IMG/VR virus record: IMGVR_UViG_3300020048_000041 | Source: an uncultured virus (IMG/VR IMGVR_UViG_3300020048_000041) | Lineage: Duplodnaviria > Heunggongvirae > Uroviricota > Caudoviricetes | Reading direction: 5' to 3' (one strand) | DNA length: 64,000 nucleotides | Made by a program: the position numbers and the translations under genes | Notes under the pieces: model-generated | Seen by the model: the letters and a program-made list of their open reading frames with translations, nothing else | What the model was told of the DNA's origin: nothing | The model's database searches: none | Shown here: positions 30,637-40,345 of the stretch, piece after piece | Layout: each line of letters begins with the position of its first letter | How positions within the stretch are numbered: position 1 is the stretch's first letter

Positions 30637-31104
30637 ATGAGAAAAACGAGATTTCCAAAACCCCGAAAATGGTTTCCCAAAAACCCAGAAAAATATGTTG
30701 GTGATGTAACTAATATCATATCAAGAAGCAGCTGGGAAACTAAATTTTTAAATTGGGCAGATAATAACCCTGCTATAATTTCATATTCATCTGAAGAAAC
30801 GGTTATACCTTACATATCTATAACGGATATGAAACCACATAGATATTATCCTGATTTTAAAATTAAGGTAAAAGATGCACAAGGTAATATTAAAACCTAT
30901 ATCGTTGAAATTAAGCCTAATTCACAAAGAAATCCTCCTATATATAAAGGAAAGAAAACCCAAAGATACATAAATGAATGTTCTACATTTATGGTTAATC
31001 AATCAAAATGGAAAGCGGCAGAAAGTTTTTGTAAAGAACGTGGGTTAGGGTTCATTGTATTAGATGAATATGATTTAGGTATAGCACAAAGGAAAACAAA
31101 ATGA
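30637..31104 (+). CDS. gp4: Head completion nuclease gp4
   Basis: PKNPEKY.GD...I..RSSWE..F..W.D.N; HRYYPDF; VEIKP; NQSKWKAA..FC. Confidence 0.92.
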   Translation: MRKTRFPKPRKWFPKNPEKYVGDVTNIISRSSWETKFLNWADNNPAIISYSSEETVIPYISITDMKPHRYYPDFKIKVKDAQGNIKTYIVEIKPNSQRNPPIYKGKKTQRYINECSTFMVNQSKWKAAESFCKERGLGFIVLDEYDLGIAQRKTK

Positions 31105-31844
31105 TACAGCAAGATGTTGAAAGTCCAAGTCCGGCTGCAATTAAAAAACTAAGAACAAAAAATGGGTTAACCTTACAAAAGGCGGCAACTTTAGCCGGCG
31201 TTGCGTCATCTACATTTGAGAAAATGGAGAATGGCGTTATTAAAATGTCAGCTGAGGTTTGGGATAAACTGAATCGTAAGACAGCGGTAAAGCCTAATAT
31301 AAAAGCCACCTTAGAAACATCAACTAATTATGAGTTGAAAGATTTGGTTTTAAAATCTAAAGCGTGGTTTAATTCTGAAGCAAAATCATTAGCAGCATCA
31401 ACCACATTAAAGGTTAGCGGTAGAGCAACTGGTTCTCCTGTTCCTGGAGAAATGTATTCATTTTACTATGATGCTAAACACAAAGATACTTTACCTTACT
31501 GGGATAAATTTCCATTAGTGTTTCCTTTCAGAATTATGCCTGATGGATTTTACGGTATTAATTTACATTACTTACATTACAAAGAACGGATTATATTATT
31601 AGACGCATTGGATGCGGTTGCTACATCCCCTAGAAAAGAAGTATCAAAAAGATTACAAATTTCGTATTCAATATTACAGCAGGCGGCTAAAAATAAAAAA
31701 TTCGAAAAATGTATTCATAGATATTTGTTTGCTCATTTGAAAACCCCGTTAAAAAAGATACATTCAGATAAATGGATTTTAAGCGCGATGCTACCAAACG
31801 AAATGTTTGTTGGTGCGACGACTAAACAAATATGGAGTTTATAG
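31101..31844 (+). CDS. gp2: DNA end protector gp2 with N-terminal XRE-type HTH
   Basis: GEMYSFYYDAKHKDTLPYWDKFPLVFP...GFYGINLHYL; N-terminal IKKLR...GLT...AA.LAGV..ST..KMENG. Confidence 0.88.
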   Translation: MIQQDVESPSPAAIKKLRTKNGLTLQKAATLAGVASSTFEKMENGVIKMSAEVWDKLNRKTAVKPNIKATLETSTNYELKDLVLKSKAWFNSEAKSLAASTTLKVSGRATGSPVPGEMYSFYYDAKHKDTLPYWDKFPLVFPFRIMPDGFYGINLHYLHYKERIILLDALDAVATSPRKEVSKRLQISYSILQQAAKNKKFEKCIHRYLFAHLKTPLKKIHSDKWILSAMLPNEMFVGATTKQIWSL

Positions 31845-32438
31845 ATGAGTAAAGGCAAAGATTTAATTAATTTCATATCATTGGTTAAAAATGACGGGTT
31901 AAGTAAAGCCAGTCATTTTGATGTTGATATTTTTATGCCCAAAGCTTTTGATAACGAAGCCGGTAGATCGTTATTTGACCAATTTAGTCATTTGACAATG
32001 TTATGTGAATCAACTGTACTTCCAGGGATGATGTTGGTCCAAACAGTTTACGAAACCTTTGGTGAGCAAAGAAAAATTCCAACATCTAGACAGTTTAATG
32101 ATATTTCTTTAACATTCATTTGCGATATTGATTTAGTGACGCGCCGGTTTTTTGAAGCATGGACGGAATATGTAATTGACCCTGTTACAAGAACTATGGG
32201 ATATTATGAAAATTATACCACCACTATGACTATAGGTATTAATGATGGTGCTTCTGAAAAATATAATGAGAATCTCGGAGATAAAAAGAGAAGTTCTAAT
32301 CGCAGACTGACGATGACATTGTATGAAGTTTACCCTAAGCAAATTCAAGATATCACATTAAGTTATGATGAAGCAGGATTTGCTAAAGTTACCGTAGATT
32401 TGTCATATAAGTTCCATTCTATTGCTGTTGGTGCATAA
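31845..32438 (+). CDS. gp54: Tail-tube initiator gp54 (gp19-like fold)
   Basis: LCES..LPG; F.DISLTF..D......FFE.W...V; YYENY; L.EVYP..I..I.LSY. Confidence 0.7.
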   Translation: MSKGKDLINFISLVKNDGLSKASHFDVDIFMPKAFDNEAGRSLFDQFSHLTMLCESTVLPGMMLVQTVYETFGEQRKIPTSRQFNDISLTFICDIDLVTRRFFEAWTEYVIDPVTRTMGYYENYTTTMTIGINDGASEKYNENLGDKKRSSNRRLTMTLYEVYPKQIQDITLSYDEAGFAKVTVDLSYKFHSIAVGA

Positions 32439-32439
32439 A

Positions 32440-32862
32440 ATGAAAATTGATGATAATTTGGCTACTGTGTTCAATTTAGATACGAACATAATTGAGGGTG
32501 AGATTGTAGGTGAAGTAACGAAAGCGCCGTTAGTGAGAGCAGAACCGTTTGAAGCTGAGAATGATTTTGAATACGCAAGAGAAAATATAAAATCATTAAT
32601 AGCACAAGGAGAAGACGCGCTTGAGTCTATAATTGACATAGCAAAATCTAGTGAAGCTCCTAGAGCGTTTGAAATTGTAGCCGGTTTATTGAAACAGCTT
32701 TCAGATATGAACCATCAGGTCATAGATTTACATGTTAAGAAAAAAGGCTTAAAGGGTAAAGTTGAAAGTGAATCTCCTAAAACTGTCACCAACAATAGTA
32801 TATTTGTTGGTACAACTAGCGAGTTGAATAAAATGATTAATGATTTGACGAATAAGGGATAG
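32440..32862 (+). CDS. gp16: Terminase small subunit gp16
   Basis: DFEYAREN...LI..G..AL......A..SE.PRAFE; TNNSIFVGTTSEL. Confidence 0.8.
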   Translation: MKIDDNLATVFNLDTNIIEGEIVGEVTKAPLVRAEPFEAENDFEYARENIKSLIAQGEDALESIIDIAKSSEAPRAFEIVAGLLKQLSDMNHQVIDLHVKKKGLKGKVESESPKTVTNNSIFVGTTSELNKMINDLTNKG

Positions 32863-32863
32863 T

Positions 32864-33577
32864 ATGTTACCACAACCTAAAAAAAGCGCCCCAGTTTATA
32901 CAACAAAAATTCCATCTTCTGGCGAAACTATCAAGTTTCATCCATTTTTAGTTGAAGATGAAAAAGCGTTATTAATTGCACAAGAATCAGAAGATCTTGA
33001 TGTAATGATTGATACAATTTTAGACGTAATAAGCCGTTGCGTTCTAAGCCCACTTGACACTGATAAGTTAGCTATATTTGACATCGAATACATATTCCTT
33101 CAAATTAGAGCAAAATCGGTAGGTGAAACCGCAGAGTTAATATTCTCATGTGATGATTGTGTTACACCAACATCTAAGGTTAAAATCAGTTTCAATTTAG
33201 AAAACATCAACGTAGAGAAAAACCCTAAACATACAAAACGAATTTCTTTATTTGATGACGTAGGCGTTATGATGAAATATCCTGCATACAAATCATTGAA
33301 GTTACTGGATTCAAATTTGAAAGATACAGAAATGGAATTCGATTTGGTAATTGATAGCGTTGATTACATTTATGATAAAGAAGAAATACATCACATCTCA
33401 GATTACACTAAAGAAGAAGTTGTTGATTTCTTTAACGCCTTAACAAAAGAAAACTTCAACAAGGTTTATGAATTTTTTGAAACCATGCCACAAATGGTTC
33501 AACGGGTAAAATACAAATGTCCTGATTGCGGTAAAGCGCATAATAAAATTATAGAAGGGATCGAATATTTTTTTTAA
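32864..33577 (+). CDS. gp26: Baseplate hub subunit gp26
   Basis: PFLVEDEKALLIAQES; FDIEYIFLQIRAKSVGE; C-terminal CPDCG...IEG...FF. Confidence 0.9.
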   Translation: MLPQPKKSAPVYTTKIPSSGETIKFHPFLVEDEKALLIAQESEDLDVMIDTILDVISRCVLSPLDTDKLAIFDIEYIFLQIRAKSVGETAELIFSCDDCVTPTSKVKISFNLENINVEKNPKHTKRISLFDDVGVMMKYPAYKSLKLLDSNLKDTEMEFDLVIDSVDYIYDKEEIHHISDYTKEEVVDFFNALTKENFNKVYEFFETMPQMVQRVKYKCPDCGKAHNKIIEGIEYFF

Positions 33578-33762
33578 TGGCAATGAGCCACGATAATTTG
33601 CTGAATTATATGAAGACGAATTTTGCCCTTATTCAATATCATAAATACAGCATAGGCGACATTGAAAGATTAATGCCATTTGAAAGGGAAATATACGTTT
33701 CGTTGTTAATTATGCATTTGAAAGAAGAAAAGGAACGAATAGAAAGGAATAGAAGAAAATGA
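33577..33762 (+). CDS. gp51: Baseplate hub assembly catalyst gp51
   Basis: NYMKTNFALIQYHKYS..DIE.LMPFEREIYV.LL. Confidence 0.88.
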   Translation: MAMSHDNLLNYMKTNFALIQYHKYSIGDIERLMPFEREIYVSLLIMHLKEEKERIERNRRK

Positions 33763-36233
33763 GTAAACGGGATAAAAGTTTGACCGCATTACTGGATAAG
33801 CAGGCAAAACAGGTGTCTGATATCAAAGAAGATACTAATGAACTAAAAGAAAAAGCTGTAGAATTAAAGGAAGAAATAAAAGTAGCCGCCGGAAATGTTT
33901 CTAGCACACCTATTCAAACAGGGACTAAGGTTTTAAACGCCACATCAGATTTGCATTCATTAGTAGATAATTCATTTGAGAATACAGATTTCGGTAAACT
34001 TTTGTCTAGCATAGATAAAGGCATCAACGATAAAAATAGCAATCTATTAAAATTGATGGAATCCTTAAAAGGCAAGTTTTCTTCATCTGTCATTAATAAA
34101 ACAGAAACTAAAGTTAATGAACCAGCGCCGACTCCAGTATTTCAACCACCAATAAGAAAAGAACTCCCAAGTAGGTTCTTTTCTGGTATTGACGCGTTTC
34201 AGAAAAAGCTTGGTGTAAAAGATTATTCTATGCTGAGTAAGCGTGTAAGTAATGCTTTAGCATTTACAAAATACGATTTGAGCGAAAAACAAAAGCCTGA
34301 ATTTGAACAGGTTATACCTGAAAAGAAAGCAAATAAAAGCGCAGTAAAAGCTGTAGAATCATCTGTACAGTTTTCTCCGTTAGCTAAACTCGCCGCAGAT
34401 ACAAAATCACATAAGGCTTATGTCGATAAGGTATTAAAGGAAAATCCTAAGCTTTTGAAAAAGGGTAATACTGAAGAAGTAAAAGGCAAACTGTTAGCTG
34501 AATCAAAGGAACTGAGAAAACAGGCTAAAGAATATGTTGAGTTTGAAAAAGATTTAAAGGTATTAAAAGAAAACAACTTAACACAAGACAGTAAATTGAT
34601 TAAGACCATCGAAACTAAGATGGAAAAAATCAAAAAGTATGTTGAAAAAACTAATAGATTAGAGATAAAAGAAGCGCCGGTAAAGGCTGAATTGGTCAAA
34701 CCAGAATCTACTGTTCCATCAACATCATTAGATGAAGCCGAGCATAAAGACAGTAACACTAAGTCTCAAGAAGAAATCGACAATTCTAAATTCCAAGAAA
34801 ACCTACTTAATCAAAATAAACAGCAGTTAGACCTATCAAGTAAACAATATAAAACCTCTGATGAACAATTAAAAATTCAAACCAAAATATATGAAATTTT
34901 ACAAAGATTTGAAAGTAAAGGTTTTGGTGGAGGAAACAACAAAAATGATGATTCAGTATTTGATGATTTTTTAGGCGGTGAAAAAAGAGACCGAAACCCT
35001 AAACGAAGTCCTACAAGAACTTCTAGAAGAAACCCAAAAGGAAATATATTAAAACGTGGAGCGGCTAATGTTGCGCGTGTAGTAGGCGGTATGGCGGTAG
35101 GTGCGGCAACAGCTGGTAAAGCTGTTCTAGAGTCCGGTAAAGCCGCTGTTGGTGCTATTGGAGCAGCTGCTAAAGGAATACCAACTAAAGCCGTAGAGCT
35201 TGCCGAGACTGCTAAGGGTTCTGTGTCAAAGGTAGCAGGTGCAGCTAAAACTGGTGCTGCTAAAGTAGTAAAATCTGAAGCGTTAAAAGATACAGGTAAA
35301 CTGATATCAGAATCTATAGCAAAACGCCTACCGAAAGCCGCATTGAAAGCCGCTGGAAAATCTATCCCAGGAATAGGTGCATTGATAGGATTAGGTGCTG
35401 CTGCTGTCTCATTAGCTGAAGGTGATAAGGTAGCCGCCGGATTAGAAGCTGTCAGTGGATTAGGTTCAGCGGCAACTGCTATTCCTGCTACAGCGGCATT
35501 AGTCGCTAAAGAAGTTTATGAAGATGTTTACGGAATTAAACCGGAAGAAGACCCAGAAGCTGGAACCAGATTAACTGAAGTCAAAAACCAAGTTTGGGAA
35601 GAGATGAAAAAGTTAACTGGCACTGAAGAACCAAAAGCTGAGGAAACACCTAAAGAAGACGCGGGTAAACTATTAGAAGGAATTAAACCGGAAGATAAAC
35701 CAAACGCTGATACTGCGCAAACAACAGAAGCTACGGTAAACGGTCAACCGGTAAAGGCTGAACCTGCAACAAAAGATTACAATACTGAGTTTAAGAAGGT
35801 TGAGGAAGAACGAGTCAAAGCCGCAAAACAGTTATCTGAATCATCAAATACTGAAGAAGATATAAAAATCTTTAAAGAACAATTAAGTAAGGTTGAAGAT
35901 ATGAAAGTTAACCTACTTGCTGAAAGGGATAATAAGCCTAAAGACCAAATTAGAAAAATGTTGGAAGATAATGAAGACCCAACGACTGCTAGATTTTATC
36001 AATTAAAACCTACTGCTGAAAAAGTTGATTCATCAAGAGAATTAATTAAAGCAAGTACAGAGTCTGAAGATGCTAGAATGGCGGCGGGTAATAACGGTGA
36101 TTCTGGTACGACTATTATATCACCAACAACGATAACAAACTCTAATCAAACTAATGTAGTAAGAAAGGATGTTAAAAATAATGATGGTTCGTTAAACCGG
36201 TTGTTTGATAGCCGATACAAATTTAATTCATAA
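33759..36233 (+). CDS. Probable tape measure/baseplate hub protein (gp29-like)
   Basis: Follows gp26-gp51; helical Lys/Glu-rich with Ala/Gly-rich KSIPGIGALIG segment and Asn/Thr-rich C-terminus. Confidence 0.65.
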   Translation: MSKRDKSLTALLDKQAKQVSDIKEDTNELKEKAVELKEEIKVAAGNVSSTPIQTGTKVLNATSDLHSLVDNSFENTDFGKLLSSIDKGINDKNSNLLKLMESLKGKFSSSVINKTETKVNEPAPTPVFQPPIRKELPSRFFSGIDAFQKKLGVKDYSMLSKRVSNALAFTKYDLSEKQKPEFEQVIPEKKANKSAVKAVESSVQFSPLAKLAADTKSHKAYVDKVLKENPKLLKKGNTEEVKGKLLAESKELRKQAKEYVEFEKDLKVLKENNLTQDSKLIKTIETKMEKIKKYVEKTNRLEIKEAPVKAELVKPESTVPSTSLDEAEHKDSNTKSQEEIDNSKFQENLLNQNKQQLDLSSKQYKTSDEQLKIQTKIYEILQRFESKGFGGGNNKNDDSVFDDFLGGEKRDRNPKRSPTRTSRRNPKGNILKRGAANVARVVGGMAVGAATAGKAVLESGKAAVGAIGAAAKGIPTKAVELAETAKGSVSKVAGAAKTGAAKVVKSEALKDTGKLISESIAKRLPKAALKAAGKSIPGIGALIGLGAAAVSLAEGDKVAAGLEAVSGLGSAATAIPATAALVAKEVYEDVYGIKPEEDPEAGTRLTEVKNQVWEEMKKLTGTEEPKAEETPKEDAGKLLEGIKPEDKPNADTAQTTEATVNGQPVKAEPATKDYNTEFKKVEEERVKAAKQLSESSNTEEDIKIFKEQLSKVEDMKVNLLAERDNKPKDQIRKMLEDNEDPTTARFYQLKPTAEKVDSSRELIKASTESEDARMAAGNNGDSGTTIISPTTITNSNQTNVVRKDVKNNDGSLNRLFDSRYKFNS

Positions 36234-36235
36234 TG

Positions 36236-36272
36236 AAAGACCCGATTCCGGCTAAGGTTTCGGGTCTTTTTT
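36236..36272. terminator. Terminator at convergence of late and early blocks
   Basis: AAAGACCCGA/TCGGGTCTTT stem plus T-tract. Confidence 0.8.
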
Positions 36273-36273
36273 G

Positions 36274-36483
36274 TTATATCTCATCACCGTAAATCCATTC
36301 ATATCGATGATTCAATTTTACGATTGATAATAAATTTATACATTGAAGCGCTACCGTAGTGACAACCCACCAATTATAATATGAGTTGATTGCCATAAAT
36401 ACAATAATAGCATTTAGCACTACACTTAGAACAACCATTGAGCGAATTTTTAATTTTAATAAATTTTGTTTGTTTGAAACCAT
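36274..36483 (-). CDS. Small membrane protein
   Basis: Start MVSNKQ just after the upstream stop; two hydrophobic segments. Confidence 0.6.
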   Translation of the reverse strand: MVSNKQNLLKLKIRSMVVLSVVLNAIIVFMAINSYYNWWVVTTVALQCINLLSIVKLNHRYEWIYGDEI

Positions 36484-36484
36484 A

Positions 36485-37174
36485 TTATTTCCGATGTCTA
36501 AAGCTTTGTTTAAGGTCAAACCCATGAGCAAGAATCTTGTCTTTATTTTCAATTTCTACGGGCGGTTTAATATCAGGAGATCCTCTCATAACATTACCCA
36601 TAAAATATGAGATATCCTGAAATAGTTTATCTGCTGGGTAAATAGAAGCAAATCCAAGTTCAGATAAAATTGGAGCTTTATATTTAGATTCGTAAGAGTC
36701 ACCAATAAATAACAGTTCACCAAACCCTGTGTGGTCAAACCAAAACACTGGAGTATTTAATTTGGCATGAATACCGGTTAACTCTTTAACAAAGTTTGCA
36801 TTACCTACTAAGTCTTCATACGAACGTTTTTTTCTAAAACGATGTATATCTTTAGGAAAGAAAAAGTCATATTGTTCACTGGTAAAAACTTTATATGGAG
36901 AATTGGCATACATCAACCTTTCTCTGTATACCAAATACAAAATACCATTGACTGAAAGCCATCTGTAATTTGAGCTTTTTTCGTTGCCAATACTAAACAG
37001 TTTGTTATCTAATGCATATTTATATTCTCTGACCAATTCTAATGTTTCCTTTAGAATAGATTTAGTTTCATCATTGTTAGGAATAGGCTTTCTGTTAAAA
37101 ACGATTTTCTCATCAACGCCATATTGGTGAGAAAGATAATCATAATAATCTTTAAAGTCGCTGATAATTTTCAT
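36485..37174 (-). CDS. Hypothetical protein
   Basis: MKIISDFKDYYD start overlapping the upstream stop; C-terminal KILAHGFDLKQSFRHRK. Confidence 0.75.
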   Translation of the reverse strand: MKIISDFKDYYDYLSHQYGVDEKIVFNRKPIPNNDETKSILKETLELVREYKYALDNKLFSIGNEKSSNYRWLSVNGILYLVYRERLMYANSPYKVFTSEQYDFFFPKDIHRFRKKRSYEDLVGNANFVKELTGIHAKLNTPVFWFDHTGFGELLFIGDSYESKYKAPILSELGFASIYPADKLFQDISYFMGNVMRGSPDIKPPVEIENKDKILAHGFDLKQSFRHRK

Positions 37175-37407
37175 TAATATTTTTCCCATAATACTTTATT
37201 GTGGAAAGCCATCATATCGATAGCTAAATCTTCTGCGTTCAAATTATATAACTTGCCAAAGGCATAAGGCTTTAGCTGGTCAAATTCTGCTAACAAATCT
37301 TTAATTTTATCAAGGCGTTCTTCGCTAGAATTAATTTCATCATCAAACTTCATCAACAATCTGCCTAATGTTGGTCCGATATGATTATAAAACATTGTAT
37401 CAGACAT
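37174..37407 (-). CDS. Hypothetical protein
   Basis: 77-aa ORF tiled in the early operon. Confidence 0.65.
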   Translation of the reverse strand: MSDTMFYNHIGPTLGRLLMKFDDEINSSEERLDKIKDLLAEFDQLKPYAFGKLYNLNAEDLAIDMMAFHNKVLWEKY

Positions 37408-37543
37408 TAGCAGTTCTCACAATTTCTTGTTGAATCACAACCCATTCCATTAGTTCTTTTTGAGTGTTGGTTTTAGCCTGCATAGGTTCAGGTTTAGCGC
37501 CGGCGGTTTGTAACGTTTTTTCTAACACAGATTTAAAATTCAT
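37400..37543 (-). CDS. Hypothetical protein (47 aa, not in ORF track)
   Basis: SD GAGGT; MNFKSVLEKTLQTAGAKPEPMQAK...; directly downstream of an early promoter. Confidence 0.6.
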   Translation of the reverse strand: MNFKSVLEKTLQTAGAKPEPMQAKTNTQKELMEWVVIQQEIVRTANV

Positions 37544-37571
37544 TTAACACCTCAATTTTTAAGTTCAAGGA

Positions 37572-37602
37572 ATTATACCTTAATTTTAATTTAAAGTAAA
37601 GC
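37572..37602 (-). promoter_or_regulatory. Early sigma70-type promoter
   Basis: GCTTTACTTT...TATAAT with 17-bp spacer. Confidence 0.8.
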
Positions 37603-37608
37603 TTTATT

Positions 37609-37764
37609 TTAATTTATCTCTTCAGATTGGTAAGTTGTTTCGCACGCATTACATACGTGCCACTCATAACCGGCGGGTGGATTGTTATCATAATAAAACA
37701 TATTTGAGCCACAATCACATATGAATGTTTCGCCGTCAATTTTTAGGAAGTGTGTTTCATTCAT
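37609..37764 (-). CDS. Small Zn-finger-like protein (51 aa, not in ORF track)
   Basis: MNETHFLKIDGETFICDCGSNMF...VCNACETTY; start overlaps the upstream stop. Confidence 0.65.
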   Translation of the reverse strand: MNETHFLKIDGETFICDCGSNMFYYDNNPPAGYEWHVCNACETTYQSEEIN

Positions 37765-37994
37765 TACTCGACCCATCCCATGAGCACATCAAACTCTGAA
37801 TATTTTTGATAGACCGGTTTAAGCGTTTCAGAAAAATACTGAACAGTCTTTACATAAAACTTATCAGAATCATTAATTCTTAGTTTCTCATTGAGTTCTT
37901 TAACCGTTTTAAACTCAAATGATGATTTAACTTTAACAACGCCGTCAACGGTATCTCTGTTACAAATAATATCTCTGTATCTAAATGTTGCCAT
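37764..37994 (-). CDS. Hypothetical protein
   Basis: Start MATFRYRD with SD AGGAG; the longer track ORF overlaps the upstream gene. Confidence 0.65.
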   Translation of the reverse strand: MATFRYRDIICNRDTVDGVVKVKSSFEFKTVKELNEKLRINDSDKFYVKTVQYFSETLKPVYQKYSEFDVLMGWVE

Positions 37995-38007
37995 GGTATT
38001 CTCCTGA

Positions 38008-38670
38008 TTAAGCGTAAATTGTATTGTCGATGTATTCGTAGTGAACCTGTTTACCATCAAGATCCGAATAGACCTCGCGAAGTTTACCTTTAATTTTTCT
38101 GCCAGGCTCAACTTTCCATTTAACTCCAGGAGAATAAAAGAATTCTGCGGTATCAATATCCATACCAGAATTAACGATTTTATTCCACTGACGAGCATCG
38201 CTCCATTTCCATACGGAATTAGTAGGCGTTTCTCCTTCTTTAACTGCGACAACAATTTTACCGCCTTCCGGAACCAATTTTGAAATAGCGGTATTTTGAG
38301 TTCTAGACAGCATGCAGTAAAGGTAAGCAACCTCAACGCCATTTTGAACCCAGCTTTTACCTATAGAGCAGTTGCCACCGAAAAGTTGGTTAAACTCTTC
38401 AAACAAAGAAGTTTCGATTTTGTATTTACCTTTGATAACAGACGAACGGTTATCGTCTTCATCATATGGTAGGTATTGACCGCCCATATAAACTTGTTCT
38501 CCCCATTGATACCCATCGCAAGGCGCATGAAAACGACCATCTTTACCGATGGTTGGCGCAACGCCGGCGCTTTCAACAAGAGATTTAAATGCGTTCTCAC
38601 GACGAGTATCGTAAGCAGAAACAGCGGTTTCAACAGCAGCTTTGATAACAGAAAAAGTTAATTTAGACAT
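38008..38670 (-). CDS. Hypothetical early protein
   Basis: 220 aa, SD GGAG, GRFHAPCDGY.W motif, behind an early promoter. Confidence 0.8.
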   Translation of the reverse strand: MSKLTFSVIKAAVETAVSAYDTRRENAFKSLVESAGVAPTIGKDGRFHAPCDGYQWGEQVYMGGQYLPYDEDDNRSSVIKGKYKIETSLFEEFNQLFGGNCSIGKSWVQNGVEVAYLYCMLSRTQNTAISKLVPEGGKIVVAVKEGETPTNSVWKWSDARQWNKIVNSGMDIDTAEFFYSPGVKWKVEPGRKIKGKLREVYSDLDGKQVHYEYIDNTIYA

Positions 38671-38716
38671 AATATACGCTCCGAAAATTAGGATTTAAGT
38701 TCAATTTATAGATTCT

Positions 38717-38746
38717 ATTATACTACTATTTTTGTAAAAGTAAAGC
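38717..38746 (-). promoter_or_regulatory. Early promoter cassette
   Basis: GCTTTACTTT...TATAAT. Confidence 0.8.
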
Positions 38747-38819
38747 TTTTTTTATCTTTTTTTAAAAATAATTTACATTGCGTCAAGGTGTAAATTCATA
38801 CTCATTATAAAGTCTCCAA

Positions 38820-39008
38820 TTAAATTAATTCAACAAGGTCTTCATCTATTTCTAACGTTGGCGTAAGGCTATGTCCAGATTCCAGATAGGTATCGCCTAC
38901 ATTATTAACATCACCAAAAATATAATTGGTTCCATTTTGAACGCGCTTAACTGTAATGATATTTTTACCATCTCTGGTTCGGTATGATTTATTTGTTTGC
39001 AGTTTCAT
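38820..39008 (-). CDS. Hypothetical protein
   Basis: MKL...KSYRTRDG...DLVELI, a common small phage ORF pattern. Confidence 0.7.
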   Translation of the reverse strand: MKLQTNKSYRTRDGKNIITVKRVQNGTNYIFGDVNNVGDTYLESGHSLTPTLEIDEDLVELI

Positions 39009-39222
39009 TATCTTTCAACCCGTAATGTTCTTTAATAGCAGCATCAACATTTTTTGCCACAGTTCTACCGGCTTCATAATTGACTTCATCTTCAACATAA
39101 TATAGAACATCCTCTATAACCAGTTTTACAAGTTTAGCCATTTGTTCTCCAAATTCTTCATTTTCATCAACTAAGGATTCGTCCCATCTTTTAATCAATT
39201 TTTCAATTTCAGTTTTCATCAT
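38989..39222 (-). CDS. Hypothetical protein (IKEHFG-type family)
   Basis: KLVKLVIED...IKEHYGL; similar to 40346 and 40863. Confidence 0.65.
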   Translation of the reverse strand: MMKTEIEKLIKRWDESLVDENEEFGEQMAKLVKLVIEDVLYYVEDEVNYEAGRTVAKNVDAAIKEHYGLKDNETANK

Positions 39223-39230
39223 TTACTCCG

Positions 39231-39503
39231 TTATAACCCTAACAATTTTCGTTCTTCTAACGTTAATCTTGAAATTAATTCTTCTCGTTTTTGTTCTTTA
39301 AGTTTTGGATCGTATTCATCAAATGATTCATAAACATTCCATGATTTTGAAATTGTAACTGTCTTAACGTTTCGATAACCTTTTTGTAATTCTGCACATC
39401 TACGCGCATCTACTCCGTTTTCAAAATAGGCTATAGTGCTTCTGGTGTATCCATCAGATTCAGTTACTTCATATGCGGTAAATTGAACATTGTAAGTTTT
39501 CAT
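39231..39503 (-). CDS. Hypothetical protein
   Basis: Start MKTYNVQF; C-terminal LTLEERKLLGL. Confidence 0.7.
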   Translation of the reverse strand: MKTYNVQFTAYEVTESDGYTRSTIAYFENGVDARRCAELQKGYRNVKTVTISKSWNVYESFDEYDPKLKEQKREELISRLTLEERKLLGL

Positions 39504-39625
39504 TATTTTCTCAAATGGTAGGTATAATAAACATGAGTTCCGTTTCGGTGTTCCATTTTCATACAACGAGGGTTAGCTAACCCGCCGAGTGTACAAAAAT
39601 ATAGATAGGTTATTTCATTATGCAT
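39503..39625 (-). CDS. Hypothetical protein (40 aa, not in ORF track)
   Basis: MHNEITYLYFCTLGGLANPRCMK...; stop overlaps the next start. Confidence 0.5.
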   Translation of the reverse strand: MHNEITYLYFCTLGGLANPRCMKMEHRNGTHVYYTYHLRK

Positions 39626-39638
39626 CGTATTATCCAAT

Positions 39639-39965
39639 TTATAATAGTTTCTCAACGCGACTAACTTCATAAATTTCAATAGTTTCTATTGTATGGAAAC
39701 CATATTCTGTTACAGGAAGAAAATCCCAAAATATATCAAGAACTTCTTCGTCTTCTTCAGCCGTTTCTTGGTTTACATATACATCATATGCATGTTCGCC
39801 ATCATCGCAATTTTCGTTATAATTGAAATTATGATAGCTTGAATTAGATTTAATCTTTTGAATTAAAGGCATTATAATCGCTAATGTTTCATCGCTGATT
39901 GCAGTAAACTTACTTGCATAATCACCATCATTCATATCTACTTTTACTAAAATATAATTTGCCAT
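39639..39965 (-). CDS. Hypothetical acidic protein
   Basis: Start MANYILVKVDMNDGDY. Confidence 0.7.
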   Translation of the reverse strand: MANYILVKVDMNDGDYASKFTAISDETLAIIMPLIQKIKSNSSYHNFNYNENCDDGEHAYDVYVNQETAEEDEEVLDIFWDFLPVTEYGFHTIETIEIYEVSRVEKLL

Positions 39966-39966
39966 T

Positions 39967-40329
39967 TTATTTCTCACATCCAGGATATTTACAAAATAGG
40001 TTATGTAATGGACAAACGCCATTTACTTTTTCAGCACACTGTTTTCGCGCATCAGGTTGTTTTCTGCGTCGCGGGTAATTAATTCCCCACGTGTTAATAA
40101 ATTCTATTGCATCTTCATCAGTTTGGCAGTATACATAACCCATATTGCCCCATTCTCTGGTAGCACTTTCCTCGCACCATAATTCTAATTCATCTCTTTG
40201 GTTGCCGCCATAATATGTCATTTCAAAACAATATTTGAATCTGTTTTTATCCGGATTATATGGAAGCATACATTTGATTGTAGTTCTAGGTAATGGTTTG
40301 GCTATTTCACTATCATAATCAGTTGTCAT
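39967..40329 (-). CDS. Hypothetical protein with C-terminal Cys cluster
   Basis: C...NGVCPLHNLFCKYPGC. Confidence 0.65.
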   Translation of the reverse strand: MTTDYDSEIAKPLPRTTIKCMLPYNPDKNRFKYCFEMTYYGGNQRDELELWCEESATREWGNMGYVYCQTDEDAIEFINTWGINYPRRRKQPDARKQCAEKVNGVCPLHNLFCKYPGCEK

Positions 40330-40345
40330 GTTGTTTAGCTCTAAT

